64,000 bases of DNA from Octopus bimaculoides. Its lineage: Eukaryota. The notes under the pieces were generated by a model, which was not told the DNA's origin, did no database searches, and saw only the letters and a list, made by a program, of their open reading frames with translations. Of this stretch, positions 1 through 11,924 are shown one piece after another (within the stretch, counting starts at the first letter, position 1; every line of letters begins with the position of its first letter). Position numbers and translations under genes: made by a program. Location: positions 13,031,275 to 13,095,274 of the forward strand of contig NC_068998.1 in NCBI RefSeq assembly GCF_001194135.2, read 5' to 3'.

Positions 1-142
1 ATCGACCCCAGGACTTATTCTTTAGAAGCCTGGTACTTATTCTATTGGTCTCTTTTGCCGTACCACTAAGTTACGGGGACGTAAACACACCAGCATCGGT
101 TGTCAAGCGATGTTGGGGGGACAAACACAGACACACAAACAT

Positions 143-175
<33 letters not shown>

Positions 176-327
176 CATATATACGACGGGCTTCTTTCAG
201 TTTCCGTCCACCAAATCCACTCAAGGCTTTGGTCGGCCCGAGGCTATAGTAGAGTACACATGCACAAGATGCCACGCAGTGGGACTGAACCCAGGACCAT
301 GTGGTTGGTAAGCAAGCTACTTACCAC
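1..327 (-). mobile_element. SINE family A (tRNA-headed, CORE-like), tail cut by window edge
   Basis: Reverse complement of the family A head and body seen intact at 31178 and 63731; internal (CA)/(TA) microsatellite. Confidence 0.9.
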
Positions 328-864
328 TACTCTTTTATTCTTTTATTTAACAAGTTTCTTCCCCCCGCGACACATATGTATGTATATATATATGCATGCA
401 TACACACAAATACACACACATACACACATTCATATACTGGAGTAGTAAAGCATATGCAAATACATTCAACATTAGATTTAAAATAGATTCAAGAAACAGG
501 CATGATTGGCATATTGGGCAAGTATCTCCTACAAGTCTTGAGTCATTAACCTTAGTTGTGTTGCAAGGTTGAATCTGTCTACATACATCAAAAGGACATC
601 CAGTATCTCTTTACTCCATTAGTTACTTTTTCTTCGTATGATGTTGTCATATGTTCATTGTCAAAGATTTTTGCTCTAATTTGCATTAAAACATTACTTA
701 CAATTCTTTAGTAATGCTAAGAGCAATGAATGAATGAATGCAGTGTGAAAAAAATATTATGATCTCTAAATCTGAAATCATATCCTGCTAATTTATGTTA
801 AGATGATAGAATGAAATTTTAGCATATTTATTAGAAGTATAATTGTAGTAATATGATTGATTAC

Positions 865-904
865 CTTCCTTATGAAATGAAGTATAACACGAATGAACAC
901 TTAC
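865..904 (-). other. Candidate 40-nt exon / recursive splice site (AG|GTAAGT)
   Basis: - strand reads ACTAAC...TTTTCATTTATATTTTTTAG|GTAAGT, with a second donor AAG|GTAATC 40 nt later; frame 0 open (VSVHSCYTSFHKE). Confidence 0.3.
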
Positions 905-968
905 CTAAAAAATATAAATGAAAACAGCTTGTTAGTTGATAATGAATTCATAATTATTTAATAATAAT

Positions 969-999
<31 letters not shown>

Positions 1000-1004
1000 A
1001 TAAT

Positions 1005-1160
1005 GGTTTCAAATTTTGATACAAGGCCAGCAATTTTGGGTAAGTGGGTAAATCAATTACACTGATCCCAATATTCAACAGGTACTTATTTTATGAACCC
1101 CGAAAGGATGAAAGGCAAAGTCAACCTTGGCGGAAATTGAACTCAGAATGTAAAGACATT
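1005..1160 (-). mobile_element. SINE-like family B, partial
   Basis: Reverse complement of the GTTGACTTTGCCTTTCATCCTTTCGGGG...TAAGTACC block; (AAC)n/(AAT)n tail on the left. Confidence 0.85.
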
Positions 1161-1214
1161 CTTTCAGTGAGTTGAAAGAGGTGCTATTTCCAACTCACAA
1201 TTATCCTTGCATTT

Positions 1215-1406
1215 ATTTATTCTACGTGTTTCATGTTGAAACTGGCCAGATCTAACCTCTCACACCAACCTTACAATGTCATTCTAAAAATATACAACCA
1301 CATCATCGAAATCTCAAAGCTATGAGATAATGCATGATTAATTCAAAACAATGTCAATAAATAAGAATTATGTTTGATACAGATAATCTGTACGTTAAAG
1401 GGTTAA
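1215..1406. mobile_element. Partial piggyBac-type non-autonomous element (MITE)
   Basis: Ends in AAAGGGTTAA (reverse complement TTAACCCTTT), a piggyBac-like terminus; the other end was not found. Confidence 0.5.
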
Positions 1407-2082
1407 TAACATATTTGTTCTTACTTCTAATGATGGATTCACCTATGTGTTTGATACTACTTGTTGCTTCTCACACAGTTATCATCTACGATGTATGTAG
1501 TCTAAATACCCCATATAAGGTGTGCATTGCTTTCCTGAATAAAGACCAGAAAAGCCCTCTTTTCAGAATAGAATGAGGACACGACAGCTGAATCATTGCA
1601 GTTATTTAGGAAACAATTTTGTATTTCAACCCTCCATTCTGGTCAGGAATAACACACAATTAAAACCCTCAAATTACTACAAATATGATTGATCTCATAT
1701 GGTGATCTCTTAGATACAGAGTATCAAAAAAGTTGCATTCTCAAAGATTAAGTTCCTATTTTTTTTTTTTTGTTCCTGTTCATAACTAGAAACTACTGAA
1801 GCTTAGCTCAGTCACCGACTTTCATATATAACAATCCAGTAATTGAATTAATGATGTAGTTATTAATTTATTTATAACAGATAAAGGTGTAAATATTGAT
1901 TGCTTCTAATTAGGTGTAAAAATTCTGATTTATACTAGAAGGTTAATAAATAATTTATCTAATTATTCATTCATTATCTTTGTTTATTATATTGAGGATA
2001 TGATAGGATTGTCAAATTGTGTATTTGTAAGTTACCTTGGAGGTAGAGTTTTCAATTTGCCAGTCATTTTGTATTAACCAAG

Positions 2083-2191
2083 TAACCTTGTCAATGATGG
2101 AAGCAGATCATGTTTGGAAGCAATAATAATGACATTGCTTCAAGGTTGTGCAATCAATGTCTTTGCATTGTTCCATCATAGATATTCTTCA
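2083..2191 (+). CDS. Candidate internal exon, unknown protein
   Basis: ccaag| ... |gtatgt; open frame NLVNDGSRSCLEAIIMTLLQGCAINVFALFHHRYSS, phase 2/0; AAG acceptor is weak. Confidence 0.15.
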
Positions 2192-3187
2192 GTATGTGTC
2201 CTGGCCTGGGAAATAAACCTCTCCAATTACCCAGCAGTAGGGGAGATAACTAGTTAGTTCAATTGATAAATAGAGAGGGTGAGAAAACTCAGCAGAGAAA
2301 GAAAGAGAGAATGGGAAAGGGCTATATATAGAAAGGGAGAGGGAGCAACAGAGAAGTAGATACTAAAGGAATCCAAAAGAGAGGAGCCAGAGAAAATAAT
2401 TCTATTCTAATTGCTTTATTGGAATATCGTTGGCTTACATCATTTGATGTCTTCCATAGCTAAGCAGTGAATTTTCTTATGGCAAGATAATTAAGCATTA
2501 AATGAGTAAACAGCTAAATTGGCTATTAAAATTATTTTTGCAATATTGTACTGTAAGCTGCCAAAGTTGAAAAATCAAAAGATTTTTAAAAAATGAAATA
2601 AAATAATATAAATCGAAAATGCTTTCTCAGTTAATATTTGTATTTTAAGCAAAAATCCAAAAAAATCTGTATATAAGAACCAATTTTTATTGATCATTTA
2701 AAATCATAATTCTTTTGCTTATTACGTTTTATTGTGAAAATTCTAACATTGTTTCCTTGTGGATCTTCAGCGAGAGAAAGAGAGNNNNNNNNNNNNNNNN
2801 NNNNNNNNNNNNNNNNNNNNNNNNNNNNNNNNNNNNNNNNNNNNNNNNNNNNNNNNNNNNNNNNNNNNNNNNNNNNNNNNNNNNNNNNNNNNNNNNNNNN
2901 NNNNNNNNNNNNNNNNNNNNNNNNNNNNNNNNNNNNNNNNNNNNNNNNNNNNNNNNNNNNNNNNNNNNNNNNNNNNNNNNNNNNNNNNNNNNNNNNNNNN
3001 NNNNNNNNNNNNNNNNNNNNNNNNNNNNNNNNNNNNNNNNNNNNNNNNNNNNNNNNNNNNNNNNNNNNNNNNNNNNNNNNNNNNNNNNNNNNNNNNNNNN
3101 NNNNNNNNNNNNNNATATATATATATATATATAATTTTTTTGTGATCAGAGATGTTCGAAAACCGAGGTTCTACTGTATATATATCT

Positions 3188-3377
3188 TTAGAGAAAGATA
3201 GTTATGGCTGATTCACAGAGTTAGCTAGGCTGGGTTTTGCATCCATAAAGCACTTAGCTTTACATACATCTTATCAGACCCTAATGGTCAGTAGGTTTAC
3301 AAACATCTCGTCAGGCCCTTTATGGACACAAAACCCTGGGTAACCCTGTGAACTGGCCATAATTATCTTTGTCTAAA
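3188..3377. mobile_element. Palindromic MITE-like element
   Basis: About 60-bp imperfect inverted arms (tttagagaaagatagttatggc / gccataattatctttgtctaaa); spacer has two 23-bp direct repeats. Confidence 0.65.
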
Positions 3378-3434
3378 TACTCTACTGATCTATAACTTTT
3401 AGTGTGCTTCTCTTTCGGTTTTATGATTTACTGA

Positions 3435-3602
3435 CACTAGTGTAGGTAGAGTATCTGCCACCCAGGGCAACCTTTCTGTTTGCCACCCCTGGAACCAACA
3501 AAAAACACGTTGCCCACAGCAGACCCAAAAGTGGTGCCCCTTTAAAAGTGCCACCCAGAGCAGACTGCGCCCTTCTGCCTCCTTCCACCAGTTACGCTAG
3601 TG
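3435..3602. mobile_element. hAT-type MITE
   Basis: TIR cactagtgtag / ttacgctagtg; perfect 8-bp TSD tttactga (3427-3434, 3603-3610); subterminal tgccaccc x3. Confidence 0.85.
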
Positions 3603-3639
3603 TTTACTGACGATATGTATGTGTGTGTGTTTATGTGTG

Positions 3640-3820
3640 CGTGTGTGTCTTTGTGGATGTGTTTGTCCTCCACCACTGCTTGATAACTGGGTGTCGGTGT
3701 GTTTATGTCCCCATAACTTAGTAGCTTAACGAGAGACTGACAGAGTAGGTACCAGGTTTTGCAAAAATATAATAAGCACTGGGATCGATAAGTTCAACTA
3801 AAATTGTTTAAGGTGGAAAT
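3640..3820 (+). mobile_element. SINE family A, 3' half, diverged
   Basis: gcttgataactgg...gtgtgtttatgtccccataacttag matches the family A body. Confidence 0.7.
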
Positions 3821-3901
3821 GAAGGACACTGCTTGTATGATGGTGGCACTCATTTACAATTATCGTGCAAAATCAAGGCAAGAAGACAATAACACAAACA
3901 T

Positions 3902-3936
<35 letters not shown>

Positions 3937-3940
3937 CATA

Positions 3941-4101
3941 TATGACAGGCTTCTTTCAGTTTCTGTCTACTGAATCCACTCACAAAACTTTGATTGGCTG
4001 AGGTTATAATAGAAAACACTTGCCCAAGGTACCATGCAGTGGGACAGAACCTAAAGCCATGTGGTTTGAAAGCAAATTTCTTAACACACAACCATATCTG
4101 C
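3941..4101 (-). mobile_element. SINE family A, 5' half
   Basis: cttctttcagtttc...cacttgcccaaggtacc...cttaacacacaaccat. Confidence 0.85.
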
Positions 4102-4650
4102 ATTCTATTTGGATTCATATAAATAATAGAGATTTCTATGAAAAGCTGTGTTTCTCAAGATCTACACGAAACATTTGACATGGCTGGGTTTCATTTTGTG
4201 TTTCTCAATAAAAATCAAAAGTAGGCAACTTCATCTTCAGAAATGTCACCTTATCACAGTTAATTAACAAAAGAAACATTTTAACTTGACAGATATTTAA
4301 AAAAACAAAACAAAAAAACCCCAGAAATTTAAACAAAAACACCAACAAAAAATAACTATCATTAGATATCATTGTAAGTTGTAATTTAAAAAAATATTTG
4401 TGACGATGAAGATAGGTTGTCTTCAGAGTAAACTATATTTGACAAGTCATTATCTGTTTTAAAGACACTGTTAAGTATGAGATTACGACATCAAGTATTG
4501 AGATTAAAAGTAATAGAAATAATTCAAGACTTAAGATGCTTTCATTGGAGGTATATGAGAGATGTTCAGCCAATGCGGTTTTATATTATATAAATTGTTC
4601 TCATAAAACTGATCAAATCACAGAGATAGTATTATACGAAAACACAAGAT

Positions 4651-4860
4651 GGTGGTGAGCTGGTAGAATTGTTTGCTTGCTGGGTAAAATGCTAAGTGGC
4701 ATTTCATCCATCTTTGTGTTCTGAATTTAAATTCTGCCACGGTTGACATTGCCTTTTGTGCCTTTTGGGGTCAATAAAATAAGTACCAGTTGAGTACTGG
4801 GGTAGATATAATCAACTTAACTCCTTCCCCAAACTTGTTGGACTTGTGCCAAAATTTAGC
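4651..4860 (+). mobile_element. SINE-like family B
   Basis: ggtggtgagctggtagaa head; gttgacattgcctttt...taagtaccag block. Confidence 0.85.
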
Positions 4861-4896
4861 AGCAATATCATACAGACACACAACTGCCAGTTTACA

Positions 4897-4950
4897 TAGT
4901 AGTAGTAGTAGTCGTAGTAGTAGTTGTAGTAGTAGTTGTCGAAGTAGTAG

Positions 4951-4981
<31 letters not shown>

Positions 4982-4999
4982 CGAAGGAGTAGTAGTGTT
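4897..4999. repeat. (TAG)n trinucleotide microsatellite
   Basis: Direct reading. Confidence 0.95.
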
Positions 5000-5288
5000 G
5001 TTTAGATCTTGTCTGTGTATGTGTGTGTGCATGCATGTGTGCATGTGTGTGAAACAAGAGTGCAGCTTTTATGACTTAAGTCAGAGGAGCAATGGGTGAA
5101 GTGCCCCTGAACCTGGTAACCCTTCATCTACCAGTAATTGTACAGTAACTTCCTTCCATCTCATTCATTACCCTTTCCATTTTCTCACTGCCATTATTGC
5201 ACCCAAAGGATTAATACAATAATATTTTTGCTCTCACAAAACAGTTTTACCCTGGTACTCTCTCTTTTTTTTAATACATATTTGACTT

Positions 5289-5502
5289 ATGTAAAAAGCA
5301 CGTGAACTGGTGCCATGTAAGAAGCACCCAGTACACTCTTTAAAGTGGTTGGCATTAGGAAGGACATCCAACTAAAGAAACTAAGCCAAAACACATGACT
5401 GGAAGATGGTGCTGCCCCCTAACTTTCCAGCTTTTGTCAAAACCATCCAGCTCATGACAGCATGGAAAACAGATGTTAAATGATGATGATGATGATGATG
5501 AT
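5289..5502 (+). mobile_element. Family C (RTE-LINE 3' tail)
   Basis: gtggttggcattaggaaggacatcc...catggaaaacagatgttaaa(tga)n. Confidence 0.8.
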
Positions 5503-5629
5503 AGTTTGTTGTGGGTAATTATTGTTTGTTACTGCTTTGGGATTTACTTAGAATTAAGAATGTCTGGAAAAAAAAGCTATGAAGTAAAAACTGAAAGTAG
5601 TTAGATGAAAAGGAACAGTAAATGGAGGA

Positions 5630-6610
5630 ATTGATACTGACGACATGAAATTAAAGCCCTTTTCATATATCACTCTGAAAACCCAAAAGCTTTCAACAAT
5701 TACATAAAGTGTAATCTACCAATCTACCTCTGTTTTGCTGTTTAAATACGAAGGCACGGATGACTAACAGCCTTTTCAAAGTGTGGTTTACAAACGTTTC
5801 TTTTTTTACCCTGCAGTTGAAAGGTACAGTGCCAGGCACATATTTCAAACAAAGCAATGTTCATTTTAGACCAAGCCACCTGGTGAACATAAATGAGCTT
5901 TCTGATAATGTAAGCATACATTAAGAATATGACATCTTTGCTCCAGCCTATGGATCAATGTGTGATAGCTAACTTCAAAGCGTATTGCTTTAAAAGAACT
6001 TTCAAATAGATTTGTGAAAACAATTGAGAGCTAGAGACTTCTGAAGTAAATTCAACATAATGGTTGCTGTGGATTATAAAGCTGAATCATGGGTTGAAGG
6101 GAAACCTTAAACATTGAATGGTACTTGGCGAAATTCATGGCCAGACAAGTTTTCAAAAATTTGGACAGATATTATGACACTTGGAAATCATGTAGGGCTT
6201 GAAGAAATGATAGAGGGTGATGTGGTTGAATTGCTAATATCCCAAATGGAAAGTTTATCTTCTCTGTGTGACACCATGAACATAACAAAAATTACAAGAG
6301 GTGTTTACAATAAGTTTGGTTCCAACATTGATCTGTATAAAGCAGGGTTTCTCAACCTTTTTATCCTTGCATAACCCTTAAAATAAATTACATGTCTCAA
6401 GAAACCCCTGCACAAAAAATATTATATACNNNNNNNNNNTACCTACATCTACATATATATATAGATGCATATCTGGGTACAGGACGTCACAAAAAAACGT
6501 GGACAAAATGAAAAATTGAACATAAACAGAGCACAGAAAACAAACAGGCTACATAGGGAACATTTGCTTCATCAGCTGCCCCTATTCTAGACTAAGCGTT
6601 TCGAAGAGTT

Positions 6611-6664
<54 letters not shown>

Positions 6665-6925
6665 GGTCGTTATATTTTTTTGATAACATAATAGGTTAGA
6701 TAGGATGATGTCTATATTACAATAACCAAATAATATGATGTGCATGTATAATAATATTACAATCATGAACTTAGCTTTAGCTTATCTCATGCTTTCTCAT
6801 GGAATCCCTAGGAACCTTTTGCAGAACCCTAGGGTTCCGGAGAACCTCAGTTGAGAAACACTAATATAAAGCGATGATGCCCCATAAACATCAATTAACT
6901 TTTGATAAGTCCTTCACCCATCAGG
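5630..6925 (+). mobile_element. Tigger/pogo transposase fossil (DDE_1), interrupted by a hAT MITE
   Basis: Peptides IYHSENPKAFNNYIKCNLP (from 5665), LQPMDQCVIANFKAY (from 5941), TLNGTWRNSWPD, and QLTFDKSF after the MITE; frameshifts and stops. Confidence 0.85.
6343..6863. mobile_element. hAT (Charlie-like) MITE
   Basis: TIR cagggtttctcaac / gttgagaaacacta; 8-bp TSD gtataaag / atataaag (7/8). Confidence 0.8.
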
Positions 6926-7376
6926 CAGATGAAGATAATGATGAACTATAAGAGAGAAGATTAGTCTTTCATCCTCTTAGTAACTGATGTTAAACTATCA
7001 CCACCCCTTACACAATACTCCACATGTTTTGGGGTAGGAATGTACCCTATTACAATATGATGATTCTTAATTATTCTTTTATACTGTATATGTCTAGAAA
7101 TTGCTTTTTTCATGCATAAAAGTGGTCTGGTCATGTTACAGTTTCTTTAAACTACCAGAATGCATCTCAATAACATGAAAATCAATGAGAAAATTAATTT
7201 TGTGTTATAGCTTGATTTTCAAGAACATTTCACTTCCGCAATATAGTGGGTCCCTGCGTAAATATATATGTATATATACACATACTCACATGTGTGTGTG
7301 TGTGTGTGTGTGTGTATTCTTTTGTTTCTTTGTTTATTTATTTAATGCTGATTTTTCCATGCTAGACGTGGGAGTT

Positions 7377-7739
7377 AAAACCATTCTTAAACTACTCTTC
7401 TAGGAACAATAAAGTTATTTCCAACCAACTTTACAATAAGACAGCCAGAAGCTTTCTTTCTCACACATCTATATATGCATGTATGTACGTACGTACATAC
7501 GTACGCATATATGTATGTATGTATGTATGAGTGGGTGTATGTATATATATGTATTTGTGTCCATACACCCACATACACGCACACACATACACACACAAAT
7601 CTATCTATCTATCTATCTATATGTATATATGTATGTATGTATATATGTGTGTATTAGGTGGGGGGTTAGCTTTTAGCCATCTTATTGTAAAGTTGATTAA
7701 CTTTGTTATTCTTGGTGAAGTAGTTTTCAGAATGGTTTT
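7377..7739. repeat. Inverted repeat flanking a microsatellite block
   Basis: Arms about 7377-7455 and 7666-7739 are imperfect reverse complements. Confidence 0.6.
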
Positions 7740-8057
7740 GTCTGTAATTCAAGTTACTAAATTTTGTTACAGAAATAAAACAAAGTCTGAAAGTGCTATG
7801 GGGATTGTTTGGAAGTTGATAAACATGCTAAATAATATATTATTGCTTCACTGACAGATAAGGGAAATACTGTGTTAATAATATTGCTGAATCTTTTAAG
7901 AGTTCTCTTCCCAATAAATAACTGTTCTATGGTAAATCCTGCAAAAATGATTTGATTTGCATGAAATAGCAGCCAAATCAGACTTACATTTTACAGTCTC
8001 AAAATGGGAATGAAACATTGGATAAGGTAGATTTGGAGACATTGACTGAAAACTATC

Positions 8058-8265
8058 TATTTACTTGTTTCACTCATTGGACTGTGGCCATGCTGGGGCA
8101 CTGCTTTGAAGGGTTTTTTTGGTGAAGGAATCAACCCCAGTGCTTACTTTTAATGCCTGGCACTTATTCTGTTGATCTCTTATGCTGAACTGCTAAGTTA
8201 CGGGAATGTAAACAAATGAATACTGGTTGTCAAGTGGTGGGAGGAGTCAAACACAAAGACACGCA
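8058..8265 (-). mobile_element. SINE family A, 3' half
   Basis: ttacttgtttcactcattggactgtggccatgctggggcac tail motif. Confidence 0.85.
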
Positions 8266-8419
8266 CACGCACACACACACACACACACACGCACACAAAT
8301 ACACACACACAAACACACACACTAATACACATATTGTGTAGGTAGTTAGGGTAAATCCCAGCTCTTTTCTCTTGGAGCACGTCTGCTTATTTCATTATTA
8401 CAATCCAATATTCAATCTC

Positions 8420-8660
8420 CATTGCTGCTGTTTGTTAGTTCAAAATACATATCAAAATTGAGAACAACCTCTACTCTAGCTCCAAGTCCCAAACAAAATC
8501 CAACAGTACATCGTCAGTGGTCCATAGTCACCCACACCAAGCTTTACAGCAGCTATAATAACAAGTGTGCTTTCTGTATAGCTGAGGTTTTGGCTATTTT
8601 GCAATCCACAGATTGTCTCAATGAATGTAGCAGTATAATATTCACCAGCAAACATCGGCC
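8420..8660 (-). mobile_element. Possible degenerate LINE ORF2 fragment
   Basis: YYSCCKAW resembles the LLYGCEAW motif of RTE-group ORF2; weak. Confidence 0.25.
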
Positions 8661-8769
8661 ACTAAAACTATTTTCAAAATACAAATAGTTACATCTCCAA
8701 CCCGCTTTTTTCTCCCCTAACCTTCATACATTTTCTTTTTTTCTCTTATCCACTACTATGTAAGGATCT

Positions 8770-9083
8770 TTGTATTGCAAGTAACTTGGTGACCCTGCCA
8801 GTGCTGATGTAAAAAAGCATCCAGTCCACACTGTAAAATGGTTGGCATTTGGAAGAGTATCCAACTGTAAAAAAACCATGCCAAAACTGACCTCACCTGT
8901 GCTGGTGCAATGTCAAAAGTACTCAATTCACTCTGCAGAGCAGTTGGCGTTAGGAAGGAATCCAGCTATAAAAACCCTGCCAAAACATGCAGGGAAACAT
9001 ATTGCAGTCTTCTGCTTATCTGGCTCCTGGCAAACCGTCCAACCCATGCCAGAATGGAAAGCAGACATTAAATGATGATGATG
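8770..9083 (+). mobile_element. Family C, two tandem partial copies
   Basis: tggttggcatttggaagagtatcc and gttggcgttaggaaggaatcc; ends in acattaaa(tga)n. Confidence 0.8.
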
Positions 9084-9661
9084 AAAGTTACTTTTCTAAA
9101 TTTTTCTTTATTTTCAAAATTGACTGAAAGAAAAGTATTGTAATCTATAGAAATATGATAAAGAAAGTATTAAATGGTTAAACACCTGAACTGAGGCTGT
9201 CTGAGTAGCAAATTGTTAATCAGACACTTCCTTATATACAAAGAGAACGCACAAATTTCAATAGGGAAATTCATTTGACACTTGGTTTTGAAAAATACAC
9301 TAAGGTAACTTTGACAAGACAAAAATTAGCGAAACACATTAAATATCATGGTGATTAAATGTCTAAACAAATTAGCTGAGTTGTTAATAAGATTAAAAAT
9401 TTTTGTAAGTATTAATCTCGTCTTTATTTATAAAAATTTTGTTTTTAAATATGTGCAATACCGACAGTAAGTATCTTTATAGTTTTGTTGCTTTGCCATT
9501 TTTATGGTTTCAAGTAGGTTTCAAGGTGGTGCATAGTAGAATGGCAGCTAAAAACATGGCGCCTTTAGTAAGAGTTTTCTCCTCTAGCCATGGATTGTTG
9601 ATCAATGCCTTGCGAATGTGTTTAATGGAAACTGTAATGAAGATTTGTATGCACGTATGTA

Positions 9662-9705
<44 letters not shown>

Positions 9706-9840
9706 TGCATGCATGGTTGTGTGGTTAAGAAGCTTGCTTTTCAAACAAAAGTCTGTGTGTCACTTCGTGCAAATGAGAAAGACACCAATGTCAATAAGTG
9801 TTTATAGCTTTATTCAGTAGGGGTGCTTTAAGAGTGGGAA

Positions 9841-10310
9841 ATGAAGAAGGAAGAGGAGGAGGAGAAGGAGAGGGAAGAAGGAGAGGGACAGGAAGAAGAG
9901 GAGGAGAGGGAAGAGAAGAGGAAGAGAAGGAGGAGGAGGAGAGGGATGGGAAGAAGAGGAGGAGGGGAGGAGAAAAAGGACAGGGAGGAGGAGGAGGAGA
10001 AGAGAAGAGGAAATAAAGGAGGAAGTAAAGGAGGAAGAGAAGAAAAAGAAGAGGAGAGAGGAAGAGAAGAAAAGAAGAGGAAAGGAGGAGGAGAAGGAGA
10101 GGGAAGAGGAGGAGTAAGAGGGAGGAGAAGAAGGAGAAGGAGAAGAATGAAAAGAAGTGGAGGAAGGAGGAAGAGGAGGAGAAGAAAAAAGAGGAAGGAG
10201 GAGAAGAAAAAAAAGAGGAAGGAGAAGAAGGAGAAGGAACAGGAGGAGAAGGAGGGGTGAAGAAGAAGAAGAAGAAGAAAGAGCAGAAGAGGAAGCAGTG
10301 GAGGGGAATA
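9841..10310. repeat. Polypurine (GGA/GAA) low-complexity tract
   Basis: About 470 bp almost entirely G/A on the + strand. Confidence 0.95.
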
Positions 10311-10596
10311 CAGAATACTTTCATTTAACAGGAACATAAGTATATTTTGTCTTTAAGTATCTGAAAAGCTTTTTTTTTTTGTGAGATTAGAGGGTTAATA
10401 TTTGTATATTGGACATTATGCAGCCATCTCTATAGAACTCCTATGTTGTTTTTGTACACATTTAATGGATTGTCATATACTATATATACAATGTGACTTA
10501 TAAATAACCTTGGTTACTTTTTGTCAAAGACTCACCAATTTCAGTGACTGGTCAATCAAAATAAACAGATTAAAACTAGAGACACGCAATAATATC

Positions 10597-10760
10597 TAGC
10601 TATCTATCTATCTATCTATTTATCTATCTATCATTCTATCTATCTATCTATCTATCTCTCATTCTAGTTACCTATCTATCTATCTATCTATCTATCATTC
10701 TATCTATCTATCATTCTATCTATCTATCTATCTATCTATCTAACTTTGTATCTATCTTTG

Positions 10761-10791
<31 letters not shown>

Positions 10792-10802
10792 ATACCTGTA
10801 TG

Positions 10803-10882
<80 letters not shown>
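10597..10882. repeat. (TCTA)n-(TG)n-(TA)n compound microsatellite
   Basis: Direct reading. Confidence 0.95.
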
Positions 10883-10886
<4 letters not shown>

Positions 10887-11194
10887 CTTTCCATCATATA
10901 TATATGCATAAAATATAACACTACTTTAGAAGATATGGTGGTCAAATTTGCTCTCCTACCACAAGACCATAATTGTATTATATTTGTAATTTTTTTTTCT
11001 AGTGATAATATCAGTAGGAATATTTTGGAATCCATGATTATATAATTGAAGAAATCTTTAATTTCGATATCAACACAAGAAAAATATATATCCAATAGAT
11101 TTACAGATTTGATTGAAAAGTTCAGAATACATATAAACACATCAACAAACTGTAAATATAACATTGTTTATTATTCATTATACTGACACATACA

Positions 11195-11330
11195 TAGCCA
11201 TGTTGTTAACAATCTTGCTTTGCAACTACGTGGTTGCAGGTTCAGTCCCACTATGCAGCACCTTGGGCAGATACCTTCTACTACAGCCCTATGAATGAAT
11301 CTGGTTTATGGAAATTGTGTGGATGCCTTT
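11195..11330 (+). mobile_element. SINE family A head, diverged
   Basis: ggttcagtcccactatgcagcaccttgggcag. Confidence 0.7.
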
Positions 11331-11376
11331 CATAAAAATGTGTGCATGTGCATATGCGAGCTTGTGTGTCTGTATG

Positions 11377-11423
<47 letters not shown>

Positions 11424-11523
11424 TTTCTATCAATATCTTTTATTTGTTTCATTTGGCCTTCACAGAGGTGATGACAAGGTACCAAGACTCCTGGTGGTTT
11501 GCTGTCAAGCACACACATATGTA

Positions 11524-11924
11524 TCTCTTTTGCTTGTTTCAGTCATTTGACTGCGGCCATGCTGGAGCACCGCCTTTAGTCGAGCAAATCGACCCCAGGA
11601 CTTATTCTTTGTAAGCCTAGTACTTATTCTATCGGTCTCTTTTGCCGAACTGCTAAGTTACGGGGACGTAAACACACCAGCATCGGTTGTCAAGCGATGT
11701 TGGGGGGACAAACACAGACACACAAACACCCACATACACACACATATATATACATATATACGACGGGCTTCTTTCAGTTTCCGTCTGCCAAATCCACTCA
11801 CAAGGCTTTGGTCGGCCTGTGGCTATAGTAAAAGACACTTGCCCAAGGTGCCACGCAGTGGGACTGAACCCGAAACCATGTGGCTGGTAAGCAAGCTACT
11901 TACCACACAGCTACTCCTGCACCT
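11524..11924 (-). mobile_element. SINE family A, full length, young
   Basis: Head to tail present; CpGs retained. Confidence 0.95.

Noticed and set aside
2036-2205. - strand exon with good splice sites and two in-frame TGAs (selenoprotein idea)
   Set aside because: All three frames have stops, there is no selenoprotein similarity, and I saw no SECIS
2439-2459. 21-nt - strand microexon candidate
   Set aside because: Such short AG...GTAAG matches are expected by chance at this scale
6560-6610. GAAA...CTGATGA on the - strand as a type II hammerhead
   Set aside because: Stems I and II do not pair in the required register
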